Positions 11,133 through 20,061 of a stretch of DNA of 64,000 nucleotides are shown piece after piece. Below the pieces are notes generated by a model. The model saw only the letters and a list, made by a program, of their open reading frames with translations, was not told the DNA's origin and did no database searches. The DNA lies in the NCBI GenBank assembly GCA_038064195.1, contig JBBTTO010000003.1:43029-107028 (forward strand). Reading direction: 5' to 3'. Both the position numbers and the translations under genes were made by a program. Each line of letters starts with the position of its first letter. Position 1 is the first letter of the stretch. Origin of the DNA: Patescibacteria group bacterium (lineage in GTDB: Bacteria > Patescibacteriota > Microgenomatia > Levybacterales > UBA12049).

Positions 11133-11903
11133 TTAGATAACGAGCATGAAATAGGCTACTCCGACTCCGACAAGGATGATGAGTGCTGCCAGAATAACAT
11201 GAAAGACTACGCTCAGAAGGATAAGTTTACCAGCCAGGGGGTTGCGTCCGATAGCTTCAATGCCAAGTGATGAAATTTTGCCAAAAAAGGTTACCGCGAT
11301 AAAAAATGAGGCTATGATAAGAGCCGCGGCGAAAAGATAACGGAGCGCGTTAAGGGGGGAGAGGTAAGGGGCAGTGAGAGCAGTTTGAAATGTACTGAAA
11401 AGATTTTGCTTAACCCCACCTGATTCGGCATTAAAACTGATATTAAGAACAACAAGTATCTTCCCGATAGCTTTGCTGTCTTTTGCCGTGTAATCCTGGA
11501 TAGCTGTTCCTATGACATAACCGTCACTCGTGGCTTTTTGTCCGACTCCAGGTATACTTGAGGCGGTAATGAGATCGCCTCGCTTGATTACTCCGTTGAT
11601 AGTTGAGACTCTTACATGGACTTTTCCCGTGGATATGACAGGCTTGGTGTTAGGAAGAGCAGTATTCTCAAATGAAACGGAGGGATTTTCAGCGACAACG
11701 CCAAAGACGCTTGCCTCATAGCTGCTTCGGGTCAGGTCATAGCCATTTTTCGTCAGACGGATGATATCTCCTTCCTGAACCGGTCCTTTAAGAGGTATAT
11801 AGGTAGCAATTCCGCTGGATATTGCTTCTTGCGCGTGAGCCGGACGGGAAGCCAGTAAAGAGAGACTAAATACTATGAGTAGGATAGAACTGAATTTGCT
11901 CAT
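11133..11903 (-). CDS. Secreted/membrane protein leading the atp operon: signal peptide, soluble domain, and a C-terminal two-helix hairpin resembling an ATP synthase c-subunit but without the ion-binding carboxylate
   Basis: N-terminal MSKFSSILLIVFSLSLLASRPAHA signal. The C-terminus (ALIIASFFIAVTFFGKISSLGIEAIGRNPLAGKLILLSVVFHVILAALIILVGVGVAYFMLVI) has the Gly-rich helix 1 and an RNP loop like c-subunit 'ARQP'. Helix 2 has no Asp/Glu. It sits 45 nt upstream of atpA on the same strand. Confidence 0.35.
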   Translation of the reverse strand: MSKFSSILLIVFSLSLLASRPAHAQEAISSGIATYIPLKGPVQEGDIIRLTKNGYDLTRSSYEASVFGVVAENPSVSFENTALPNTKPVISTGKVHVRVSTINGVIKRGDLITASSIPGVGQKATSDGYVIGTAIQDYTAKDSKAIGKILVVLNISFNAESGGVKQNLFSTFQTALTAPYLSPLNALRYLFAAALIIASFFIAVTFFGKISSLGIEAIGRNPLAGKLILLSVVFHVILAALIILVGVGVAYFMLVI

Positions 11904-12128
11904 GGACAGGCAGGGGATCTAATCCCATTATTCTACTCTACTAAGGTAATGCGTGAGTGTCAAGGAAGGAGAAAGTGTGATCAGGTAGTGCTCTCCCTCC
12001 CCACGCTAAATCAGCCAGACATTAAGTTCAAAAAATGTGTTCTAAAAAGAGAATAGGCCAATTATTTTTTTCGCGAAAAGAGGGCTTTTAACACGTACAG
12101 AAGAGATCTTAACAGTAGCCTTAAAAAG

Positions 12129-12155
12129 CTTGACATCCAAGCATGGGAATATAAT
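12129..12155 (+). promoter_or_regulatory. Candidate sigma70-like promoter (TTGACA-15nt-TATAAT) for the large surface-protein gene
   Basis: Seen directly. The TTG that opens the ORF-track call at 12130 is the -35 box itself, so the true start must be downstream. Confidence 0.3.
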
Positions 12156-15100
12156 ACTGTACATAGAGGAAGTATTTTCACAGATTCAGGCAATAAATTG
12201 GAGGCTTCATCTGCTCAACCAACAATCTCTTATATCAGGTTTAATCGCTCAGTTGAGAACAACGAGGGGAAAGCTTAGCTTTCTCTTCTTTGGCATGGTT
12301 TTATTTTCCGGCTTGAGTGTCATTGGCGTTAATGCCTTCTTACGGTTTGTTTTTTCTCCTGCCAAGCCTCAAGAATTAAGCTCCGCTACAAGGGGCGGCC
12401 TGGCAGTACTGGCGGCAACTGACGAGCAGCCGGAGTTTATCTTTAATGTGAATGTTCCTGCTTTCTTCAAAGAGAAAAGTGAATTTCAGTCAGATGTTCT
12501 GGTTAAGGGCGGGATGGTCGTGACAGGTGAGACTGTGATGAATGGCAAGATCATCGTTGGGAATGTCATTTATTCATTGACCGCGGGGAGTGGTATTAGT
12601 ATCAGTTCCGGACAGACACCAACTATTGCCAATACAGGGGTCTTATCTCTTCAGGATAAGAGTGGTGATCTTGACTTTACTCAAGGTGACGGAATCACGA
12701 TTGATGGCTTGAAGTTCACTAATGCTGATCGGGGATCGTCACAAAAGATGTTTAAGACCATTACGGTCTCAGGTCAAACAGATATTGTCGCTGCCAATAA
12801 CACGGATACACTGATTTTTGCTGCCGGCAGTGGAGTGACACTCACCACAAACGCGACTACCAAGCAGTTAACCATCGCTGCCTCAGGCGGCAGCAGTCAG
12901 TGGACGACAAGTGGCCTTGACATCTACTACTCCTCAGGTAACGTCGGAATTGGAACTACAAGTCCCACAGAGGCTCTGCACATTGTTGGCAATCTCAAGC
13001 TTAGCGGCACGACGACATTTAATGGGGTAACTTATACGTGGCCCTCAAGCGATGGATCGGGTAACTATGTCCTGTCAACAAATGGTTCAGGCACACTCTC
13101 ATGGGCAAATGTCTCAAGTTTAGTTACTAACTACTGGCAGCTTAGTAGTGGGGCAGTATCTCCTGCCAGCATTACAAACGATCTATTGCTGGGCGGGACA
13201 TCAACTGCTTCGGCGCTGATCAAATTTACTGGTACCTCAGGAGGAAATAGCTTTATTAATACTGCAAATCTTGGAATAGGCAGTACTAATCCGCAAGCAA
13301 AGCTTGATGTCAATGGCAGCATTATCGCAGCCGGAACCATAACTGGCTTGACAGGACTTACCTCCAGTGGAACGATTACTTTTTCAGGTTTTTCAACCAA
13401 TGGTGGGCTGCTCTATACCAATGGCAGTGGTGTAATGGCTCAAGCCGGAGCAGGTACAGGCTCTCAATGTCTTTTGGGAGGTACCACCCCTGCCTGGGGA
13501 TCATGCGGGGTAGACTCACAGTGGACGACAACAGGAAGTGATATTTATTACAATACCGGGAATGTCGGTATCGGCACAACTGCGCCTGTCGGCAAGCTGG
13601 ATGTAGAGGGTAAAGTGACCGGAAAGGCATTAGTCGTCCTTAACGAGACAGGCAACCAGGATATCTTCACAGCCAGTAGCTCAGGAGCTTCTAAATTCTC
13701 AATCACCAATGCCGGTAATATTAATTTCAAATCATCATCTTCATCAATTGGTCAGGGCAATACCATCTATGGATCAGATCTCTCAAGCGGTAATCTCTTC
13801 CTCATCTCTACAACTCATGCTACCAAAGGACGAGTCAATTTCCATGACACCCTTAACTATATAGATAGCACAGGAACTCTTAGCTTACAGGGTGATGCGA
13901 CGTTTAGCGGTGGTAACATCGGTATTGGTACAGGAGCAAATCCGGTTGCTGCTATCAGGTTAAATGGCACCTCAACCTTTGATGTCTATTCGGTAATCGG
14001 TTCGCCGACCTTGACTATCACCAATACGGGGGTTGGACTGAAGCCAACAATTGCTATTGTGGGGAACCTGAGTGTCTCCCAGTATGCCACCGTCAGCGCT
14101 TCCCTGGCTGTCGGGTACTCTTCCGTCCCGGCTGGTACAGGCAATGCCGTCTTCTCCGGCAATGTCGGTATCGGGACGACTCTTACTTCCACATCTCCTT
14201 TGGCAGTTGCCAATTTGCCAACCGGTGGGATCATAACCCTCATGGTTGATGCTGATGGCAATGTCTTTAAGGCAGCCTCGTCTATCCGCTATAAAGACAA
14301 TATTCAACCTTTCTCAACCGATTTCAAAAAGATTCTTTTTGCCTCACCCAAAAAGTATACTTACAAGTCAACCGGGACAGCCGATATCGGTTATTTAGCT
14401 GAGGAGTTTGATCAACTGGGATTGACAGACTTGGTTATCTATGACAAAGACAACAGACCGGATGCGTTAAAGTACGACAAGATCTCCCTTTTTATGCTGG
14501 AGGTGATGAAAGGTCAACAAAACGATATCCAGGCTCTTAAAGCTGCTCTTCCCGGGTTGACGACCACGCAGTCTAGTAGTCAGCTTGATGCGGTTGACGT
14601 GAAGGACTTGGTCGCAACCTCAGTTGCCGGTCTCAGTACAAAAGCCTCAGATCAGGGACCTTCGACAAGTGATGGGCTGAGTGCCTCTCTTGCGACAATC
14701 TCAGGTGAGCTGAGGGTCAAAGGGAATGGCCTCATTGAGGGTATCCTCACTGTCGTTGATACGCTGATTGCTCATAACGTTATCCTGAGCGGAACGGTTA
14801 ACTTCTTCGGTGATACGATCTTTAAAGGCGCAGTTGATTTTTATAAACCGCCCGTCTTTAGTAGAGATACTGCAGGTATGGCTATCATCACCAGGGACGC
14901 GACTGAGGTGGAAGTCGTCTTTGGGACTGAGTATAAGGCTGTGCCAATGATTAATGCGACTATCGATGTCATTAAGCTCACGCGGAATAAGGATGAATCT
15001 GATGACGCGTACGCGAAGCGTCAGGATGACCTGGAGCAGGCCTTATTAAATAGTGACGTACGCTTTATCGTTACACGTAAAACCGTCAAAGGATTTGTCA

Positions 15101-15288
15101 TTCGTTTGAGTAAGCCAGCGTCTGTTGATGTCTCATTTTCCTGGACAGCGCTAGTGGTCAAAGATCAGTTGACAGATGTGCCTAAGCTGGATAACAATGC
15201 CAAGCAGTTCATTCCTGCTCCAACAGTCACTACTCCACCGGGTTTACCTCCTGATCAGTCTTCATCCTCGAGCGCTACTCAGAACTAA
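12130..15288 (+). CDS. Giant cell-surface protein with tail-fibre-like repeats and a C-terminal S74-type intramolecular chaperone domain; probable real start ATG at about 12295 (MVLFSGLSVIGVNAFL signal anchor)
   Basis: Internal repeats SQWTTSGLDIYYSSGNVGIGTTSP..L.V.G recur at about 12895, 13520 and 13900. The C-terminal block SSIRYKDNIQPFS...GYLAEEFDQLGL...PDALKYDKISLFMLEVMKGQQ matches the autoproteolytic chaperone domain of phage tail-spike/endosialidase-type fibres. Confidence 0.65.
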   Translation: MTSKHGNIILYIEEVFSQIQAINWRLHLLNQQSLISGLIAQLRTTRGKLSFLFFGMVLFSGLSVIGVNAFLRFVFSPAKPQELSSATRGGLAVLAATDEQPEFIFNVNVPAFFKEKSEFQSDVLVKGGMVVTGETVMNGKIIVGNVIYSLTAGSGISISSGQTPTIANTGVLSLQDKSGDLDFTQGDGITIDGLKFTNADRGSSQKMFKTITVSGQTDIVAANNTDTLIFAAGSGVTLTTNATTKQLTIAASGGSSQWTTSGLDIYYSSGNVGIGTTSPTEALHIVGNLKLSGTTTFNGVTYTWPSSDGSGNYVLSTNGSGTLSWANVSSLVTNYWQLSSGAVSPASITNDLLLGGTSTASALIKFTGTSGGNSFINTANLGIGSTNPQAKLDVNGSIIAAGTITGLTGLTSSGTITFSGFSTNGGLLYTNGSGVMAQAGAGTGSQCLLGGTTPAWGSCGVDSQWTTTGSDIYYNTGNVGIGTTAPVGKLDVEGKVTGKALVVLNETGNQDIFTASSSGASKFSITNAGNINFKSSSSSIGQGNTIYGSDLSSGNLFLISTTHATKGRVNFHDTLNYIDSTGTLSLQGDATFSGGNIGIGTGANPVAAIRLNGTSTFDVYSVIGSPTLTITNTGVGLKPTIAIVGNLSVSQYATVSASLAVGYSSVPAGTGNAVFSGNVGIGTTLTSTSPLAVANLPTGGIITLMVDADGNVFKAASSIRYKDNIQPFSTDFKKILFASPKKYTYKSTGTADIGYLAEEFDQLGLTDLVIYDKDNRPDALKYDKISLFMLEVMKGQQNDIQALKAALPGLTTTQSSSQLDAVDVKDLVATSVAGLSTKASDQGPSTSDGLSASLATISGELRVKGNGLIEGILTVVDTLIAHNVILSGTVNFFGDTIFKGAVDFYKPPVFSRDTAGMAIITRDATEVEVVFGTEYKAVPMINATIDVIKLTRNKDESDDAYAKRQDDLEQALLNSDVRFIVTRKTVKGFVIRLSKPASVDVSFSWTALVVKDQLTDVPKLDNNAKQFIPAPTVTTPPGLPPDQSSSSSATQN

Positions 15289-15937
15289 GCGGGATTCGTC
15301 TGCCGAATTGATCAACTAGGGTGAAGGAATCAGAGATAGTGCCAGCCTCTTGCGCGGTTTGAACGCTTTGTCTGACCTGCTCTATCACAGGGGTAGTATT
15401 AAAGCGGGCGTCAGAAATTTGGGAGGCTTCCAGGGCGGGAAAAAGCAAGAATACCATTCCCAGTAGATCACCAGACTCTATAGCTAACTGCCCCTGAACC
15501 TCTAAATGGTTTTGATCTGTTATTGCAACTCTTTCAGAAGGCACGACATAGCCAATTCGAAGGGAGGGATTACGAACAAATCTGTCTGAGAGATAGTTGG
15601 CTGTTTTAAGAGCGTCCCTTATCCGATCATGCCCGTCAAATCCGATTCCGGACAGTCTGCCAGTCAATCTGTCAAAAAGAATGGTATCTTGACTACTTGG
15701 GTAGGTTTTATCTTTATTTTCTCCAGCTGGAGTCAATCCATGAGCTAAATCTTCATCAAGACTTGTCAGGCTTCCTCCAACTAGCGCGTGTTGAGGGGTA
15801 AAAAGGCGGAACTCTGTCATATGGTGCCCTTCATGTCGCGTGTTATCTGATCTTAATTTCTCAGTCATTGGGGAATAGTATACCAAAGTCAGAATCGACG
15901 AGGCCGTAGAATGCCCTGGAAGGCCTGTGAGGGACAA
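15275..15937 (-). CDS. Hypothetical protein (convergent with the surface-protein gene, 14-nt overlap)
   Basis: 220-aa ORF. No confident motif. Possible internal start at MTEKLRSD. Confidence 0.35.
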   Translation of the reverse strand: MSLTGLPGHSTASSILTLVYYSPMTEKLRSDNTRHEGHHMTEFRLFTPQHALVGGSLTSLDEDLAHGLTPAGENKDKTYPSSQDTILFDRLTGRLSGIGFDGHDRIRDALKTANYLSDRFVRNPSLRIGYVVPSERVAITDQNHLEVQGQLAIESGDLLGMVFLLFPALEASQISDARFNTTPVIEQVRQSVQTAQEAGTISDSFTLVDQFGRRIPLSSE

Positions 15938-16576
15938 AAGATAGGGGATAGAGAGATCAAAATAGAGAGTACAGCACAGTAAAATGTTATAAGACTTACT
16001 GACAATTACATATTTTCCTATAGTCTGTCATTATGAGTCTAACGGAGAGGGGCTTAGAGTAGGTTCGAAAATTGTGGATATCCACAGGAAAACTTTTTAT
16101 TTCAAAATTTCGTCAAAGATTTTGTCGGATTCCTGGAATTTTAGTGAGTTTTAGGAAAAGTATATTTTACCGGATTTACCAAAACTACAGACTTTTCACG
16201 TCAGTAGATTTTATAAACACAATTTGTGTTCATTCGGGAATTGTTCGATTACGCCGCGTCGGATTGTCTGTGAAGTTATTTTCCGACACGTCGCGTAATG
16301 AAGGACCTGTTTTAGTTGCCGAAAACGACACAAAAAACTATATCAGAGACCATCAAATCGTTTTGTTCACTATGATCTAGTTGCTGAGGTTTTTTTAGTA
16401 GAGAAGGAAGTGCTTTCCAGGGAAGTATTTAGTACCCCAAGGGTATTAGCTATTATATAGCTGCATATTTTGTATCTAGTATTTAGCATAGAGGTCATAA
16501 AAAAAGTATCTAGCAAAAGCAGATATAAATATAAATTCTATACTGTATACCAAATACTTAATACTAGATACTAATT

Positions 16577-16975
16577 TTATTTAAGTTCAACAGTAGCACC
16601 GGCTGCTGTGAGCTTTTCCTTAGCTTCATCAGCGGTCTTTTTGTTAACTTGAGTCATTACTTCTTTAGGTGCTGTATCAGCGAGATCTTTAGCTTCCTTA
16701 AGACCAAGTGTTGGGACGAGTTCACGGATAGCTTTAATAACACCGATTTTGTTAGCACCAGTTGATGCCAAAACAACGTTGAAGACTGTTTGTTCCTCAG
16801 CTGGTTCGGCTGACGCGTCAGACGCGCCTGCGCTTACTCCGGCTGCAGGTGCAGCCATCATTGCGCTTGCACTGACACCGAATTTCTCCTCTAAAGCCTT
16901 TACGAGATCGGAAAGTTCGAGAACAGACATTTCTTCAATTGCTTGCATTAATTCATCTTTAGTTAATTTTGCCAT
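16577..16975 (-). CDS. rplL: Ribosomal protein L7/L12
   Basis: [34 protein letters not shown]..., an Ala-rich hinge, and a C-terminal domain. Strong SD AAAGGAGGTG upstream. Confidence 0.95.
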   Translation of the reverse strand: MAKLTKDELMQAIEEMSVLELSDLVKALEEKFGVSASAMMAAPAAGVSAGASDASAEPAEEQTVFNVVLASTGANKIGVIKAIRELVPTLGLKEAKDLADTAPKEVMTQVNKKTADEAKEKLTAAGATVELK

Positions 16976-16993
16976 AAAATCTGTTCACCTCCT

Positions 16994-17554
16994 TTAAGCT
17001 TTCTTCTGAGCGATAGCATTGAGTGTCATAACGAGAGTCTGCATATTCCAAGCAAGTGCGCGGTGAAGGCCTTGGATAGGGGACTTCATCATACCCAGTA
17101 ACTGGGCACGCATCTGCGGTAATGCTGGAAGGGTAGCCAGTAGTAAGACCTGGTCGGAAGAAATTGCTTTTTTATCGAGGATTCCGAATTTAACAGTCGG
17201 GAGACCTAATTCTTTTGAAGTTTTGGCTAAGTTCTTGAGTGGTTCGACGATGTCGCCGTAGATAAAAAGAGTAGCTGTCGGTTGTTCAAAATTTTTCTTG
17301 TCTTCATCACTGAGGTTGTACTCACTGAGCGCTCGGATCATAAGCGTGTTTTTGACTGCGACAAAATCTGCATCCATTTTTTTGGAAGCTTTTTTAAGCG
17401 CTTCCAGCTGATGATGTGTAAGGCCTTGATAATTTACAAAGACAAAAGCATTAGCCTTAGCTACTTTGCTAGATAGTATAGCCAGTAACTCTTCTTTGCG
17501 ACCCTTACCCTGGTGGGGTTTGGGTTGATATTTCATTGATGTTGTCTTAGCCAT
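16994..17554 (-). CDS. rplJ: Ribosomal protein L10
   Basis: L10-like N-terminus (KANAFVFVNYQGLTHHQLEALKKA) and its position immediately upstream of rplL. Confidence 0.9.
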   Translation of the reverse strand: MAKTTSMKYQPKPHQGKGRKEELLAILSSKVAKANAFVFVNYQGLTHHQLEALKKASKKMDADFVAVKNTLMIRALSEYNLSDEDKKNFEQPTATLFIYGDIVEPLKNLAKTSKELGLPTVKFGILDKKAISSDQVLLLATLPALPQMRAQLLGMMKSPIQGLHRALAWNMQTLVMTLNAIAQKKA

Positions 17555-17580
17555 AAAAAATGCACTCCTTAGGAGTGCTT
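17555..17580 (-). promoter_or_regulatory. Hairpin GCACTCC-taa-GGAGTGC plus TTTTTT immediately 5' of the rplJ ATG; the SD (AAGGAG) is inside the 3' arm
   Basis: Seen directly on the minus strand: aaGCACTCCtaaGGAGTGCaTTTTTTatg. It looks like an intrinsic terminator, and it sequesters the ribosome-binding site. Confidence 0.4.
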
Positions 17581-17739
17581 ATAAAGTGGGTAGTAGGTAG
17601 AAGTTAGTGTGTAGTTTTTATTCAACTAAACACTATCTACTAATTTCTATACACTAGTAAAGCCCTCGGCAAGTCTTAGTTGTGTGCTTGCTGTCTTAGG
17701 ACCTGATAATGATATCAGATTGAAAGGGGAGAGTCAAGG

Positions 17740-18534
17740 CTAGGCAGTTTTTTCTTGGATAAGCCCATGTTCAATAAGTTGTTGTCCCATATCAGGTATG
17801 CCTTGCTTATTAGCTGGAATTTTAGGGTTATAGCCAGGAACTGAGTCAATAAGACGGGCTATATTTTCAGGATCGGTTATTCCTTGCTCTCTGAGTGTAT
17901 GTTCTTTGATTATTCTATTGATATCAGCATAGTTATGTTTAATTCCTTCTTCAACTTTTTTCTTCCATGCTTCAGCTTTCTGCAAGTTTGCTTCTCGATT
18001 ATATCCTGGCTCACCCATACCTTCATCAAGAATTAAAGTATATCCAGCAACAACGTAGGCTGCTAAATGTGTTGGGGGGAGAGGATTTTTTACTTTGGTT
18101 AAGAGAGTCTCGATAGCCTCAGGCGTTGCATCGACAAGAACGAACTTTTCCTCAAAATGAAAGTCGCCTTCTTTAGGTTTACTACGAGGAGCAGATATTG
18201 CTCGTTGTTCAAGCTCTGAGGAAGTTAGGCTTAGGTATCCAAATAGACCAAACTCATCGTGGATAAACGTGTGGTCTTTAAATGTTCCAAGGATTCGTAA
18301 TCCTTCTACTTCTCCAGGATTAACTGCGATTTCTTGGAATGTTTCCTCAAGAAATTTTCTTTTTACAGTATCAGTGTCAATTGGCTGGGGCCGACCTTTC
18401 AGGTAAGGGGTTTTACCCGTAGTAGGGTTAGGTGTAAGGGCAATTTGTAATTTTTCTCGGTCAAACATTCCCGCAGCACTTGCTCCCAGAACTTCATCAA
18501 AAATTCGATTACCTGAGCGCATTTGGACAACCAT
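17740..18534 (-). CDS. Hypothetical protein inserted between rplJ and rplA
   Basis: 264-aa ORF with coding-like composition. No motif recognised. It overlaps the upstream ORF by 26 nt in another frame. Confidence 0.45.
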   Translation of the reverse strand: MVVQMRSGNRIFDEVLGASAAGMFDREKLQIALTPNPTTGKTPYLKGRPQPIDTDTVKRKFLEETFQEIAVNPGEVEGLRILGTFKDHTFIHDEFGLFGYLSLTSSELEQRAISAPRSKPKEGDFHFEEKFVLVDATPEAIETLLTKVKNPLPPTHLAAYVVAGYTLILDEGMGEPGYNREANLQKAEAWKKKVEEGIKHNYADINRIIKEHTLREQGITDPENIARLIDSVPGYNPKIPANKQGIPDMGQQLIEHGLIQEKTA

Positions 18535-19060
18535 TTTTGTCTTTAGTGACGAGAATTCCTGCGACAGCCGCTACATTTGTTAAGTCTTGACTTTCTTTGC
18601 TATCGTGAGGATTACTTCCTATTTCATAACTTGGATAGGGAACGTCTTTAACGTCGACCCATAGCGTATTTCCTTCTAGTCTTTGATTCCTGATTCCTAG
18701 TTTGTAAGCCATTTCTTCAGTAAGATTAATATTATTTGCTTCAAGAGCAGCGGTGACAAGTTGCCATTGTCTTTCTGGGTCTTTCTCGTCCTTCATTTCT
18801 TTCGTGAAGAGCTTTTTCCGCTTTAAAACAAATGCAACTTCATCTCGCATACCTGCCTTCAGTGCGACTCGTTGATCATCTGTTAATGGGTATTTATCGA
18901 TGTCTTCGCGCCTACTCATACTGTAGTGAGTATCAACGTCAATACCTTGAGGATTAGATGAAATGAAGTTAATTGTGACAATATCTGTCTCAAATGCTGG
19001 CTGAGGTAATCCTTCGTATTCACGATTTAGAGGTGATGATTCTAATTCAGACATAATCAA
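18509..19060 (-). CDS. Hypothetical protein inserted between rplJ and rplA; possibly the N-terminal part of one frameshifted gene together with 17740..18534
   Basis: 183-aa ORF. Its stop overlaps the start region of the downstream ORF. Confidence 0.45.
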   Translation of the reverse strand: MIMSELESSPLNREYEGLPQPAFETDIVTINFISSNPQGIDVDTHYSMSRREDIDKYPLTDDQRVALKAGMRDEVAFVLKRKKLFTKEMKDEKDPERQWQLVTAALEANNINLTEEMAYKLGIRNQRLEGNTLWVDVKDVPYPSYEIGSNPHDSKESQDLTNVAAVAGILVTKDKNGCPNALR

Positions 19061-19099
19061 ATTGTAGATACTTAGATTAGTGAAGTCAAAGTCAGCTGA

Positions 19100-19969
19100 T
19101 TAAAGCGAAGCGAGGTCTAAATGGATTGCAGGCGACATGGTTGATTTAAGAGTTGCGTTTTTGATCTTTTTCTTATCAATTGCCCCCATAACTGTTTTGA
19201 CATTGGCTTTTATCTTGTCATCACCAAATGAAACTTTTCCAACTGCGATATGAAGAAGCGGGAATTTGGCCTCAGTCTTAAAATTGATCTGACCACCGGC
19301 ATATTTCTCAGCCACTTCTTCAGGCTTTGGAGTGACAGTGCCATTTTTAGGATTTGGCATAAGACCCTTTGGTCCGAGTACTCGAGCAACTTTAGCTAAC
19401 TTCGGCATAGCATCAGGAGTGGCGATCAGGACATCAAAATCGATTGTTCCGGATTCGATTTTCTTGATCAGTTCATCAATTTCTTTTTGATCAGCCCCAT
19501 TAGCGATAGTGACCCGAGTCTCCTTGCCTGTGCCATGGGGGAGGCTCACAGTGCCTGAGACACCTGTCTCGGTAGTCGTCAAATGGATCTCGACAGTTTC
19601 ATCAAATTTAGCTCTTTTGAGTTGAGGAAGAAGAGCTACAGCTTCAGTAAGTGGATAGTTTTTCATTTTATCGACAAGTTCGGCTTTCTCTTTATAACTC
19701 TTTGAGCGGGTAACCTGAGCAGCCTTTTTAAATTTATCTTTTTTTCGTCCAGAGGACGATCGGCCTTTGGCCGAGGCTTCTTTTGTTTCTTCAGTAGGTT
19801 GAGCGACAACTACTTCATCACTTGAACCACTCTCAGCTTGCTTTTCGGCCTTCTTAGCCCGCTTCGACTCGTTCTCAGCGAGGCGAGCTTCTTTACGAGC
19901 TTTAGCATCATCAGCTTGCTGACGCTCTAACTCTTCATCTCCGACTGCTTTGACTCTGATTTTTCCCAT
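19100..19969 (-). CDS. rplA: Ribosomal protein L1 with an about 85-aa Lys/Glu-rich N-terminal extension
   Basis: The core from ...KSYKEKAELVDKMKNYPLTEAVALLPQL aligns with L1 (HGTG, FDVLIATPDAM, GPKGLMPNPKNGTVT). The ATG at 19969 is preceded by the same 92-nt leader as rplK. Confidence 0.85.
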   Translation of the reverse strand: MGKIRVKAVGDEELERQQADDAKARKEARLAENESKRAKKAEKQAESGSSDEVVVAQPTEETKEASAKGRSSSGRKKDKFKKAAQVTRSKSYKEKAELVDKMKNYPLTEAVALLPQLKRAKFDETVEIHLTTTETGVSGTVSLPHGTGKETRVTIANGADQKEIDELIKKIESGTIDFDVLIATPDAMPKLAKVARVLGPKGLMPNPKNGTVTPKPEEVAEKYAGGQINFKTEAKFPLLHIAVGKVSFGDDKIKANVKTVMGAIDKKKIKNATLKSTMSPAIHLDLASL

Positions 19970-20061
19970 ACCTTGATTGAATGATTTTCACTGATTATGA
20001 ACTGATTCTCACGGATATTTAAATATCTGTGTTAATCCGTTTTAGATCTGTGTAAATCTAT
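19970..20061 (-). repeat. 92-nt leader/promoter repeat, copy upstream of rplA
   Basis: Near-identical (1 mismatch) to 20481-20572. It contains the palindrome gatatttaaatatc and ends ...aatcaaggtATG. Confidence 0.6.

Noticed and set aside
11133-11903. Considered calling the gene upstream of atpA an Fo a-subunit (atpB) or a bona fide c-subunit
   Set aside because: It has only two C-terminal TM helices (the a-subunit has 5-6 with a conserved Arg). It has a large secreted N-terminal domain, and it lacks the essential carboxylate of c-subunits. It is therefore reported only as an unusual c-like fusion.
13131-14307. Several minus-strand ORFs (13131-13400, 13376-13630, 13548-13730, 13972-14307, 13986-14261) inside the giant surface-protein gene
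   Set aside because: They are mirror-frame artefacts of a Gly/Thr/Ser-rich repetitive coding region. The + strand frame is continuous for 1052 codons.
16072-16380. 102-aa ORF in the AT-rich spacer downstream of rplL
   Set aside because: AT-rich, low-complexity translation (FISKFRQRFCRIPGILVSFRKSIFYRIYQNY), no RBS, and it lies in a region containing the shared hairpin motif. This is more likely non-coding.
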